From NCBI GenBank assembly GCA_963724295.1, contig CAVRUC010000004.1:320001-384000 (forward strand): a stretch of DNA of 64,000 bases, given 5' to 3'. A model generated the notes under the pieces. The model did no database searches. It saw only the letters and a program-made list of their open reading frames with translations, and was not told the DNA's origin. Positions 29,042 to 37,605 of the stretch are shown piece by piece (the stretch's first letter is position 1; the number at the start of each line of letters is the position of its first letter). Source of the DNA: an uncultured Chloroflexia bacterium. GTDB taxonomy: Bacteria; Chloroflexota; Chloroflexia; Thermomicrobiales; UBA6265. The position numbers were made by a program, and so were the translations under genes.

Positions 29042-30055
29042 TCATGGGAAAAAGAGTTGAGCGGGCTGCGGAGCTGAAGTCCCTGTCGTGTAGGCAGCAC
29101 GTTCGGCTTCAATAGCCTCGTTAAGTCCCCACTTAGGTGGGTAAAACAGTGCAACCGGAGACGCAGTAGGCACGAAGCTAGTCTTGATTCGAACCCGGTT
29201 GCTCTGCAGTTCTGGATAGGCAACCCGCGAATACTTGTCGATTTCGCAGAAGAGGTTCTGGCAGTCGATAGCGTGGAGACGCCGACCCCATAGAGACTGG
29301 AATTTAATCCCCAATCGGGCGAACTCGATTTCCTGGAGTTCCACCATCCATCGGATGACACGCGGTAGCGACCACGAGCCCGTGTTAACGAAGCACTTTC
29401 TGATACCGCGTTCAGCCCCAGGTCCTGGCATCGTGAACTCGTCCTCGTCAAAGTCTGTAAGCTCGCTGTAGTTGATGTCGATAGCGAGTTGGTAGGCCAT
29501 GAAAGGCCCGATCATCGGGTACTCGATGAGCATTCGGTAAAGATCGTCAAGCCTCCGAGCTCGCACCACTTTCTGCGCCAGACCGTCCTGCATCATCCTA
29601 TTGACGAGCAAAAGGTGGTTCTGATGTTTACGTCGGCACCCGAATGCTTGGCTCATGGATAGAATGAAGGCATTCGTATATATCGTTTGTCCTTGACTCA
29701 ACGCCCTTTCAAGTGTCTGATCGAGTGCGGCAGGGTCAAAGGATTTCACGCTGAGTCGGCCGTGGGCGGACTTCAAGAGCTTCCACGTGTCAATCTTGCT
29801 AAACAAACGGAACAGGATGATTCTCAGCAACGTGTCTTCGGCGGAGAATCCTGGTTCGTAGATAACATTTCTAATGAGGAACTGCGACACCCGGTCGCTC
29901 GCACGATACGCGTTGCAAAACTTAAATGTCCGCAAAATCGGGTCGTACGACCACGGAGGCGGCTCACCTCGGTGCCGGCGAAAGAAAATGGCTTGCCGTT
30001 CTGCCGCGAAGCACCAATAGGCATCTAGAACGTCGCGCCGAGGTGTCAGGTCCAT
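29042..30055 (-). CDS. aGPT-Pplase1 / amino acid:DNA transferase-like base-hypermodification protein
   Basis: 'YWCFAAERQAIF..R..G.PPPWS.DPIL...KFCN.YR..DRVS', 'IGPFMAYQLAID.NYS', 'GPGA.RG', 'CQNLFCEIDKY.R'. Confidence 0.85.
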   Translation of the reverse strand: MDLTPRRDVLDAYWCFAAERQAIFFRRHRGEPPPWSYDPILRTFKFCNAYRASDRVSQFLIRNVIYEPGFSAEDTLLRIILFRLFSKIDTWKLLKSAHGRLSVKSFDPAALDQTLERALSQGQTIYTNAFILSMSQAFGCRRKHQNHLLLVNRMMQDGLAQKVVRARRLDDLYRMLIEYPMIGPFMAYQLAIDINYSELTDFDEDEFTMPGPGAERGIRKCFVNTGSWSLPRVIRWMVELQEIEFARLGIKFQSLWGRRLHAIDCQNLFCEIDKYSRVAYPELQSNRVRIKTSFVPTASPVALFYPPKWGLNEAIEAERAAYTTGTSAPQPAQLFFP

Positions 30056-30122
30056 CAGTCCATCTTAGCATTGGCTCCAAGCGGGACAATGTAATGTGGC
30101 GGTCGACCGGGGAGGACGCAGG

Positions 30123-31285
30123 TTGCTGGCTATCGACGCACTTAGCGCTGACTTGGTGTGGCGGGAGTTAGCAAGCCGCTACGGGTCGAGGGTAAAGTCC
30201 AAGAAGGGCGTGATCAGCCCACTCGAGAACTGCTCCACGTGAGCTTCAGTATTTCAGACCCACGACAACGACTGGTCTTTGTTCGGCCCATGAATCCGGC
30301 GTTCGCAGTCGCCGAGGTCATCTGGATGCTCTCTGGCTTCAATGATGTCGAGTGGCTCGCATGGTGGAATCCACGAGTCAAACGGCTGGCCGCGGACGAG
30401 GGCAACCCGGCATTTCAAGGAGCCTACGGGGAGCGTCTCGGAAGTCGGCCGAGGGTCGGGGAAAACCTTGCCCGCACGCTTCGCCATCAATCAATCCGTT
30501 CCAGCCGCCGCCTTGACCAACTAAAACTGGCGGCGGAGGCCCTCCAGGCCGAACCCACCAGCCGCCAGATTGTGCTCCAGATTTGGGATGCCGACCGCGA
30601 CTTACCGAATCCGTTTTCCCGCTCGCGCGATGTCCCCTGTAACCTAATAAGCCACCTACTCATCCGCGACGGGCGGTTGGAGTGGTTTCAGGTGATGCGA
30701 TCGAATGACATTATGTGGGGCCTACCATACAACCTGGTCCAGTTCACTACATTGCAGGAGATTCTGGCTGGTTGGTTAGGCATCGAACTTGGTAGTTACC
30801 AGCACATCAGCAATTCCTTGCACGTCTACCAACGCCATTGGGAACAGCTTGACGCCCTAGACCTAAATAAGAGCGATGTGCCGCGAAACTCGAGCGACCT
30901 CCGCGTTAATCCATACGTTGAATGGGAAGAGGTGTGGTCGAGGGTGGTTACTTGCGTCAACCAGATGATGCATATGGAAGACCGAAGGCAACTCGAGAAC
31001 GTGCCAAACCAGTACGCCGACCTGCCGTCAGCCTACCGAGAGTGGATCGCCTTGTTAGCAGCCGAGGCACTCCGCAGGATCGCCGAACCTAACGCGGCAG
31101 ATCGCATTGTACAATTGGCGGGGCCGTTCTGGTCTCGCAGCTGGCGGAAATGGGCCGCGGCCGAGTCGCAACGCAGGAACTTCCGGATTGCTGACGCAGC
31201 CCCCCCCGAGTTGAGCAAAGGTTGCTACTCGCGATCATTGGATGCGGCGGCTAATACTCATGGTGTGAGACAGCTAACTCCCTGA
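30123..31285 (+). CDS. Thymidylate synthase / dUMP hydroxymethylase-like protein (TS1); probable frameshift near 30178
   Basis: 'SRQIVLQIWD', 'DVPCN', 'MRSNDIMWGLPYN', 'SLHVYQRH'. GGAGG RBS plus TTG at 30123 gives MLAIDALSADLVWRELASR, one base out of frame with the main ORF 30158-31285. Confidence 0.85.
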
Positions 31286-31400
31286 CCTACGGCTGTCCTG
31301 TCACAAGACGCGTTCTCGTTAAGTCCCGTTCGCTCCATCTCCTAGTCGGTGAGAACTGAAATTTTGGTAGACACGCTCGCACCTCGTGTCGGGGTTGGGC

Positions 31401-31481
31401 TTGACGTCGTGGCTCCGAAACACTATCATGTCAGAAAATCTGACAAAAATCAGAGGTCAGGTTCTTTATATTCTGACAAAA
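31401..31481 (+). promoter_or_regulatory. Promoter with overlapping palindromic operator
   Basis: TTGACG-N17-TATCAT (31401-31429); TGTCAGA-AAA-TCTGACA (31429-31445); repeat TCTGACAAAA at 31472-31481. Confidence 0.7.
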
Positions 31482-31505
31482 CATTAGGCGCAGGGAGACC
31501 GTGCA

Positions 31506-31862
31506 GTGGCAACAACTAGTGCATCTAACGGCCCGTCGGCGGCAATCTCTGCGCGGGAGATCCAAGAACTGGTAATGGCTGGGCTGGCCGTGGTCCAGGC
31601 ACTTACCCCGGCTGAACTGGAACAAGAAGTGAAAGCAGCCGGAGGAGATGTGGAGATCGATTCTCCCCAGGCCGAGGTTATCTTGGCCAGATTCGAAAAG
31701 CACTTTGGCTGCAAACTGCCTGCAGTGTCGGACCTCGACCCGGAGCAGTTCACCAGCATTGAGGCGCTAGTGGAGCTAGTTGAACGACGGCTGGCGGTGA
31801 ACTTGCCATCACCGATCCTATCGCAAGCTAATCGCGATGGTGCGGACGTTCGTGTTGCATGA
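31506..31862 (+). CDS. Acyl carrier protein-like protein
   Basis: Small and acidic; 'EIDSPQAEVILARFEKHFG...FTSIEALVELV' carrier-protein pattern with DS serine; AGGGAG RBS; AcpS two genes downstream. Confidence 0.75.
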   Translation: MATTSASNGPSAAISAREIQELVMAGLAVVQALTPAELEQEVKAAGGDVEIDSPQAEVILARFEKHFGCKLPAVSDLDPEQFTSIEALVELVERRLAVNLPSPILSQANRDGADVRVA

Positions 31863-32766
31863 CCGTGTTGCTAGAGGGGAGCTGAGATTGGCTTCGACAA
31901 TCTATGGACCGAACCTGTCTCACGCTTGGTTGGCCACCATTGAGCACCTGTTGGCTGTTGGTGGCAAGGCGGTCAATCTTATAACCGTCATAGAATCCAC
32001 CGCCTATGAGGACATCAGGGTCCGGCGAAATATTGACGCATTTTTGTTGGCGCGACGGTCCAGCAGTACGTGGCTCGTTTCGACAGTCGCCAACACTATT
32101 TTCCCGGCTTCGCTCTATCTGCCGCGCCTCGGTAAGACCGCCCGCGAGCACCTCTACGCGATGCACAAAGAGGGCGACACTATTAGGCGACGATTACCGG
32201 CTAACCGTTTCGGTAATTACTTCGACCGGTTGATTGCTTGGCCTGGACAAGAGGGCACTTTGAATCAACTCGAACACGTCATTCACCGGCTAGGTGCCGG
32301 AAATCAACGCAACCCGTTGAGCAGCGCGTACGAGCTTGCGCTGAGTGCTCCTGAGATTGACGCCGCGTCGGCGGCGGATCTCCGGATTTACATGCCCGAT
32401 AGGGACAAATCCCCTATTGGGTTTCCTTGCCTCAGTCACATCAGCTTGACTTCGGTCGATGGAACACTCCACATGACCGCGATGTATCGCAATCAGCACT
32501 TTCTGCGAAAGGCCTACGGAAACTATGTCGGTCTCAGCGAACTGCTTAAGTTCTTGGCTCATGAATCGGGCTCTCAGCCCGGCGAACTTGTCTGCGTTGC
32601 AACCCACGCCGACGCTGAAATTGGAAGTGGCCGTGGATTCGGCAAACGGGACGTGCGCACTTTGATCAATGACTGTAGACAAGCGCTTGATGAGTCCGGT
32701 GAATCGGAAACGTCACGTCCTGATGGGCACTTGCCCAATCACGGATTGACCCAAGTGGGCGCGTAA
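31837..32766 (+). CDS. Divergent thymidylate-synthase-fold protein (TS2)
   Basis: 'GFPCLSHISL...LHMTAMYRNQHFLRKAYGNYVGL' aligns with the TS PC...RSxD...N core. Alternative TTG start at 31888. Confidence 0.7.
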   Translation: MVRTFVLHDRVARGELRLASTIYGPNLSHAWLATIEHLLAVGGKAVNLITVIESTAYEDIRVRRNIDAFLLARRSSSTWLVSTVANTIFPASLYLPRLGKTAREHLYAMHKEGDTIRRRLPANRFGNYFDRLIAWPGQEGTLNQLEHVIHRLGAGNQRNPLSSAYELALSAPEIDAASAADLRIYMPDRDKSPIGFPCLSHISLTSVDGTLHMTAMYRNQHFLRKAYGNYVGLSELLKFLAHESGSQPGELVCVATHADAEIGSGRGFGKRDVRTLINDCRQALDESGESETSRPDGHLPNHGLTQVGA

Positions 32767-33182
32767 TGCTGTCCTGCGGCGTCGATGTCGTGGAATTACG
32801 TCCCTTCTTTAGACTGGTTGAGATTGGCGGAGAGGAGTTCTTACAGCGCATCTACACTCAGCATGAGTTGACTTACTGCCGCGGCCGAGTGCCGCAACTC
32901 GCCGCACGACTTGCGGCGAAGGAGGCGTGCGCGAAAGCCCTTGGCACCGGCCTCCGTGGGGTGACTTGGCAAGAGATGGAGGTGTTGTCAGATCGTCGAG
33001 GCAAGCCAATGCTTCACCTTTCTGGGCGTGCCGCCAGCAGAGCCGAAGAACTCAATATAAAAGAATGGACACTAAGCCTCTCACATTCCGAAAGCCTGGC
33101 TATCGCCCTGGTCATTATGACAGGCGAGGTTTGCGCAGAGGAAATACTCCCGCGCTTGGCCGACGCACTATCGATGGCGTAA
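32766..33182 (+). CDS. acpS: Holo-ACP synthase (4'-phosphopantetheinyl transferase)
   Basis: 'GVDVVE', 'AARLAAKEACAKALGTG', 'GKP', 'LSLSHS'; TAATG overlap with TS2. Confidence 0.93.
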   Translation: MLSCGVDVVELRPFFRLVEIGGEEFLQRIYTQHELTYCRGRVPQLAARLAAKEACAKALGTGLRGVTWQEMEVLSDRRGKPMLHLSGRAASRAEELNIKEWTLSLSHSESLAIALVIMTGEVCAEEILPRLADALSMA

Positions 33183-33260
33183 CGCCACAGTAGCTGCTGC
33201 GGGAAGTTCGACCGCGACAGCCGAATTGACCGGATGCAGGATATAGGAGGAATGAACGCG

Positions 33261-33695
33261 ATGGCCGACCAAGAAGCGCAAGAACAGGCAGAACAATCGA
33301 CGTCAGATTCGCAGGTTGCCGGGTCTCATTTCGCACTCGGACAGAGTCTGCGTGAGGCACGCATGTATCTCGGGCTGTCCCAAGAGTTCGTGGCGGACCA
33401 ACTCGGCGTACCCAGAGCATCCGTGTCCGCGATGGAGAGTGGGAAGCGCAAAGTGTCTGGATTGGAGATCAAGCAACTCGCGGCTCTGTACAAGCGGCCG
33501 GTCACCTTCTTCTTGAACACAGACGACAAAGAAATGGATTTGGAGGCAGCGATGCCAGACGAAACGTCCCGCGCGCTGTTCCGGGCAGCGCGCAATCTCT
33601 CATCCGAGGACCGAGAGCAGGTATTGCGGTTCGCTCAGTTCTTGCGGCGGGCAGGGAAAGCTCCAATCCCTCAGTCGGACCCCACTGAATCCTAG
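33261..33695 (+). CDS. XRE-family HTH repressor
   Basis: 'LREARMYLGLSQEFVADQLGVPRASVSAMESGKRKV'; AGGAGG RBS. Confidence 0.92.
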   Translation: MADQEAQEQAEQSTSDSQVAGSHFALGQSLREARMYLGLSQEFVADQLGVPRASVSAMESGKRKVSGLEIKQLAALYKRPVTFFLNTDDKEMDLEAAMPDETSRALFRAARNLSSEDREQVLRFAQFLRRAGKAPIPQSDPTES

Positions 33696-33720
33696 CGCAG
33701 GCCTTTCAGGAGAAACAGCG

Positions 33721-34812
33721 ATGCCAAGACGTCACCTTTCATCGCTCGATCGTGCCCGTGCGCTCGGTTCCCAAGCCGCGGCTCGAGAGCACGTCCGGTT
33801 GGGAACCGACCAGTCCAAACCAATCGACATCTTCAACGTAGTAGAGCAGAACGGAATTTGGCTTATGTTCCAGCCTCTCCGCAATCTCTACGGTGCGTAC
33901 GTTCGCGAAGGCGATAGCACCGGAATAATTGTCAACTCGAATCATCCGCTCAGCGTTCGGCGCTTCACCGCAGCACATGAGTACGGTCATCATGTCCTCG
34001 GACACGACCCGGTTGTTGATGACGAACGCAACATTAACTCGCCATTTGGCGCCGTCAATCTTGACGAGGCATCAGCCCAGACCTTCGCCGCCAGCTTTCT
34101 CATGCCGCTACAACTAGTGAACACTATGCTCCGCCAAATGAGTTTACCCCTTAGACCAGGCACGATGAGTCCGAGCCAGGTCTATCTTCTTTCGTTGAAC
34201 TTAGGCAGTAGCTATCCCGCGACCATCAACCAGATGAAAACACTCGGAAAAATCTCGTCGCAGGTCGCGGCGAACCTGCGGAAGGAGAAGCCAAAAGACA
34301 TCAAGAGCGAGATTGGGCGCGGCCGACGTCCCGCTCAAGTGTGGGCAGATGCATGGCAAGTCAGTACACACGAAGCGGGCAGGGCTCTGTACCCGAAGGT
34401 CGAAGACATGCTTCACGTGGTACTGCCCGAGACACCATCGACTGGATTTATCTGGTCAGTCGACGACCTGGGCATCGTGGACGCATCTCTGCTGGCGGAT
34501 GGGGCGAAAGCGCCTCCTCACGCCTTCCTTTCATTCGAAGGAACCAGTTTTGAGGGAGCGAGTCCCAATCGAGGTCTTGTGAATTGGCAACACGGCCCGA
34601 AGACGTTCGGGGCCGGAGGGTCTCGTCACTTCGTGTTCCGTGTCTTGCGTCCCGGGCAGTTCTCGTTGCAACTCCATAAGGGACGACCGTGGGATCGCTC
34701 GCTCGCCTCCGAAACGTTCGAACTTGACCTCAGGATCTCACCGGCAGGTACAGGTGGTACCGAGCAAGGCCTGAGCTTGCATCAGTGGCCCTCCCTAGCT
34801 AATGCCGCATGA
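33721..34812 (+). CDS. ImmA/IrrE zinc metallopeptidase fused to a C-terminal chagasin (I42)-like inhibitor domain
   Basis: 'RRFTAAHEYGH', 'E..AQTFAASFLMP'; C-terminal 'LPETPSTGFIW', 'GAGGSRHFVF', 'RPWD' match the three chagasin loops. Confidence 0.85.
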   Translation: MPRRHLSSLDRARALGSQAAAREHVRLGTDQSKPIDIFNVVEQNGIWLMFQPLRNLYGAYVREGDSTGIIVNSNHPLSVRRFTAAHEYGHHVLGHDPVVDDERNINSPFGAVNLDEASAQTFAASFLMPLQLVNTMLRQMSLPLRPGTMSPSQVYLLSLNLGSSYPATINQMKTLGKISSQVAANLRKEKPKDIKSEIGRGRRPAQVWADAWQVSTHEAGRALYPKVEDMLHVVLPETPSTGFIWSVDDLGIVDASLLADGAKAPPHAFLSFEGTSFEGASPNRGLVNWQHGPKTFGAGGSRHFVFRVLRPGQFSLQLHKGRPWDRSLASETFELDLRISPAGTGGTEQGLSLHQWPSLANAA

Positions 34813-35480
34813 CCTCATCGCCAGTGTCGCCTTTACCTCCCAAGATCGACCTGAGACCGCGATTGCTGGCAATTCAGGATCAAGGCGACCGCGGCACGTG
34901 CCTCGCCTTCGCGACTACAGCCGCGCATGAGGTGCGTAGGAGCCTCGCATCGACACCCATTGAGGATCTGGCGGAAGAGGTGCTCTACTGGGGTTGCAAG
35001 CAAATAGATCGAGATACAAATCGGGGCACATCGTTCCAGTCAGCGTCTAATGCGCTGGCGACGTGGGGACAGCCCTTAGAGCAACTTTGGCCCTACGACC
35101 CGTCCCGCATTGACACTGACTCTACGTATCAACCACCGGCGGCGGCTGTTGACCCTCGGGTATGCAACATGTCGAGCCTCGTCCCCATTGTTGCGAACAC
35201 AACCGCGATCAAATCAGTGCTCGTCAGCGGAGAAGCGGTGATGCTTGGCATCCAAATGAGCATCGCCTTTCTGTACCCGGTCGACGGTCACATCGCCCTG
35301 CCGTCGCCTGATGAGATGCTGGACGAAGGACACGCCGTGCTAATCGTCGGCTATGACGACGGAGCATCCGAGTGGATGGTGCGCAACTCGTGGGGCGCGC
35401 CATGGGGTGAGGCAGGTTACGGGTATCTGCCGTATCAATATGTTGAGCAGTACGGTGGCGAAGCGTGGATTATGGCCTGA
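34809..35480 (+). CDS. Papain-like (C1) cysteine peptidase, cytoplasmic
   Basis: 'DQGDRGTCLAFA', 'GHAVLIVGY', 'VRNSWGAPWGEAGY'; no signal peptide or propeptide; ATGA overlap with the upstream gene. Confidence 0.92.
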   Translation: MTSSPVSPLPPKIDLRPRLLAIQDQGDRGTCLAFATTAAHEVRRSLASTPIEDLAEEVLYWGCKQIDRDTNRGTSFQSASNALATWGQPLEQLWPYDPSRIDTDSTYQPPAAAVDPRVCNMSSLVPIVANTTAIKSVLVSGEAVMLGIQMSIAFLYPVDGHIALPSPDEMLDEGHAVLIVGYDDGASEWMVRNSWGAPWGEAGYGYLPYQYVEQYGGEAWIMA

Positions 35481-35550
35481 CGCCATTGAGACTTGTTCTA
35501 GCGCCGATCACGAACCTCTCAGGAAGAGGTCTCTTGATCTGGTCTGGTGG

Positions 35551-36345
35551 CTACATCCCCATCGCGTGGTAGCCGTTATCGACGAAGATCGTTTCGGCGG
35601 TGATGGCCGACGCCGCGTCAGACGCCAGGAAGACAGCTACTTTGGCGACCTGCGGCGCGCCGAAGTCGTCCCGTAGCGGCGCTCGCTCCAGCATCGCCTT
35701 GTAGATATCGGCGAAACCGGGGATACCCCGCGCCGCGGCGGTTTTGACCGGGCCGGCGGAGATGGCGTTTACCCGCACCCGTTGCTCTCCCAGGTCATAT
35801 GCCAGATAGCGTACCGACGACTCCAGCGCGGCCTTTGCCACACCCATCACGTTGTATTTGGGAAATGCGCGATCGGAGCCGAGATAGGTCAGGGTGAGGA
35901 TGCTCCCGCCGTCGCTCATGAGGGGCGCGATCCGCTGCGCGGAGGCGATGAGCGAGTAACAACTGACGCTCATCGCTACGCGGAACCCGTCGCGACTGGT
36001 GTCGATGAAGCGCCCTTCCAGCTCCGCGGCCGGTGCATAGCCGATGGAGTGCACCAGGGCATCGACCCGGCCAAAATCGCGCTCGAGGTCGGCGGCGAGC
36101 CGGTCGAGATCCTCGTCAGACTCGACGTTGCAGGTGTAGCCCTTGCCGCCGTATTTCGCCGCCAGCGTGAGCGCATCGCGTCCCGCCCGTTCGTCGACGT
36201 AGGTGACGGCGATGTTGGCGCCCGCTTCGGCCATCTGCTCCGCGATGGCGTGGGCGATGCTCCAACGATTCTGGATCCCCATCACCACGCAGTTCTTCCC
36301 GGCAAGCGCCCTCACCCCGGCAGTCCCGCTTCCGCTATCGCTCAT
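35551..36345 (-). CDS. fabI: Enoyl-ACP reductase
   Basis: 'SIAHAIA', 'LVHSIGYAP', 'YNVMGVAKAALE', 'NAISAGPVKT'. Confidence 0.95.
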   Translation of the reverse strand: MSDSGSGTAGVRALAGKNCVVMGIQNRWSIAHAIAEQMAEAGANIAVTYVDERAGRDALTLAAKYGGKGYTCNVESDEDLDRLAADLERDFGRVDALVHSIGYAPAAELEGRFIDTSRDGFRVAMSVSCYSLIASAQRIAPLMSDGGSILTLTYLGSDRAFPKYNVMGVAKAALESSVRYLAYDLGEQRVRVNAISAGPVKTAAARGIPGFADIYKAMLERAPLRDDFGAPQVAKVAVFLASDAASAITAETIFVDNGYHAMGM

Positions 36346-36449
36346 CGCTCGTTTCCTCCCGGACCGCGCCTGGCCGCGCCCTCGCCGTCAATGTGATGCA
36401 TCATACCCGCGCCTCTACCGGCCGACCCAATCAGGAGGTTCCGCGTCCC

Positions 36450-37583
36450 GTGTCCACGATTGCCACCGAACGTTCGACTCCCGTGACTATCGCCACCGGC
36501 ATCCCGGTCTTCGACGGCCACAACGATACGCTGCTCGATCTGCCGCTCAGTGGCCGCTCCTTTTTCGAGCGCTCTGACCAGGGGCACCTCGATCTTCCTC
36601 GCGCTCGGGAGGGAAGTCTCGGTGGTGGATTCTTCGCCGTCTTCATCCGCGATCCGGAGCTGGTTACGGACATGCCGGCGCCTCCGCCGGCTGACCCCGA
36701 CGACACGACCGCGATCGCGGCGCGCATGTCAGGTCGTTACACCGATCCGGAACGCCTTCCTCCATCGATGGGGCTGGACTACGCTCAGCGCGAGGCTATG
36801 CGCGCCGTGGCGCGACTCTTCCGGCTGGAAGCGGAGTCGGCGGGGGCCGCCAAAGTCGTGCGCACCGCCGGCGAGCTGCGGCAGTGCCTGGAGAACGGCA
36901 CGTTCGCCATGGAGCTCCATTTCGAGGGCGCGGAGGCGATCGACCCCGACTTCGATGCGCTCGAGGTTTACTATCAGGCCGGGTTGCGCTCGCTCGGCAT
37001 CACCTGGTCTCGTCCCAACCGGTTCGGCTATGGCGTTCCCTTCCAGTTCCCGGCCTCTCCCGATACCGGCCCCGGGTTGACCGACCTCGGCAAAGTGTTG
37101 GTGCGCGAGTGCAACCGGCTCGGCATCATGATCGACCTGTCTCATCTCAACGAAGCCGGTTTCTGGGACGTCGCGGCCATCTCGGACGCACCGCTGGTCG
37201 CAACGCACTCCAATGTCCACGCCATCTGCGCCGCCACCCGCAATCTCACTGAACGCCAGCTCGACGCCATTCGCGCGAGCGAGGGCATCGTCGGATTGAA
37301 CTTCAACTGCGGGTTCCTCCATCCCGAGGGGAATCGCGGATCCGATCTCGATCTCGGCTGCATGATCGACCACCTCGACGCGCTGATCGAGCGTCTGGGC
37401 GATGACAAGGTCGGTCTCGGTTCGGACTTCGACGGGGCGACTATGCCGGAAGGGGTGCGCGACGTGTCGCTGCTCCCCAATCTGATCGAGGCGATGCGCG
37501 ACCGCGGCTATGACGACGCGACCATTCGGAAGATCGCCTACGGAAACTGGTTGCGCGTGATGGAGCGGACCTGGGGCGCATAG
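36450..37583 (+). CDS. Membrane dipeptidase (M19)
   Basis: 'FDGHND', 'IDLSHLN', 'ATHSN', 'GLGSDFDG'. Confidence 0.93.
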   Translation: MSTIATERSTPVTIATGIPVFDGHNDTLLDLPLSGRSFFERSDQGHLDLPRAREGSLGGGFFAVFIRDPELVTDMPAPPPADPDDTTAIAARMSGRYTDPERLPPSMGLDYAQREAMRAVARLFRLEAESAGAAKVVRTAGELRQCLENGTFAMELHFEGAEAIDPDFDALEVYYQAGLRSLGITWSRPNRFGYGVPFQFPASPDTGPGLTDLGKVLVRECNRLGIMIDLSHLNEAGFWDVAAISDAPLVATHSNVHAICAATRNLTERQLDAIRASEGIVGLNFNCGFLHPEGNRGSDLDLGCMIDHLDALIERLGDDKVGLGSDFDGATMPEGVRDVSLLPNLIEAMRDRGYDDATIRKIAYGNWLRVMERTWGA

Positions 37584-37605
37584 CCCGGGAGAAAGGAGCA
37601 ATTGC

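Larger units (their letters stand above)
28750..35520. mobile_element. Putative horizontally acquired island (no integrase seen)
   Basis: Visibly lower GC and different codon usage than the flanking queG and fabI; accessory gene content. Boundaries approximate. Confidence 0.6.

Noticed and set aside
28704..29045. Integrase, att repeat or real ORF at the island's left edge
   Set aside because: The short ORFs have no motifs, and I found no direct repeat matching the right edge by eye.
30123..32766. Housekeeping thyA
   Set aside because: Both TS-fold proteins are divergent, lie in an accessory island and have no folA nearby; TS2 lacks the RSxD motif.
32766..36345. ACP/AcpS as part of a fatty-acid synthesis cluster with fabI
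   Set aside because: fabI is convergent, has host-like GC and lies outside the island; the ACP is atypical and coupled to a TS-fold gene.
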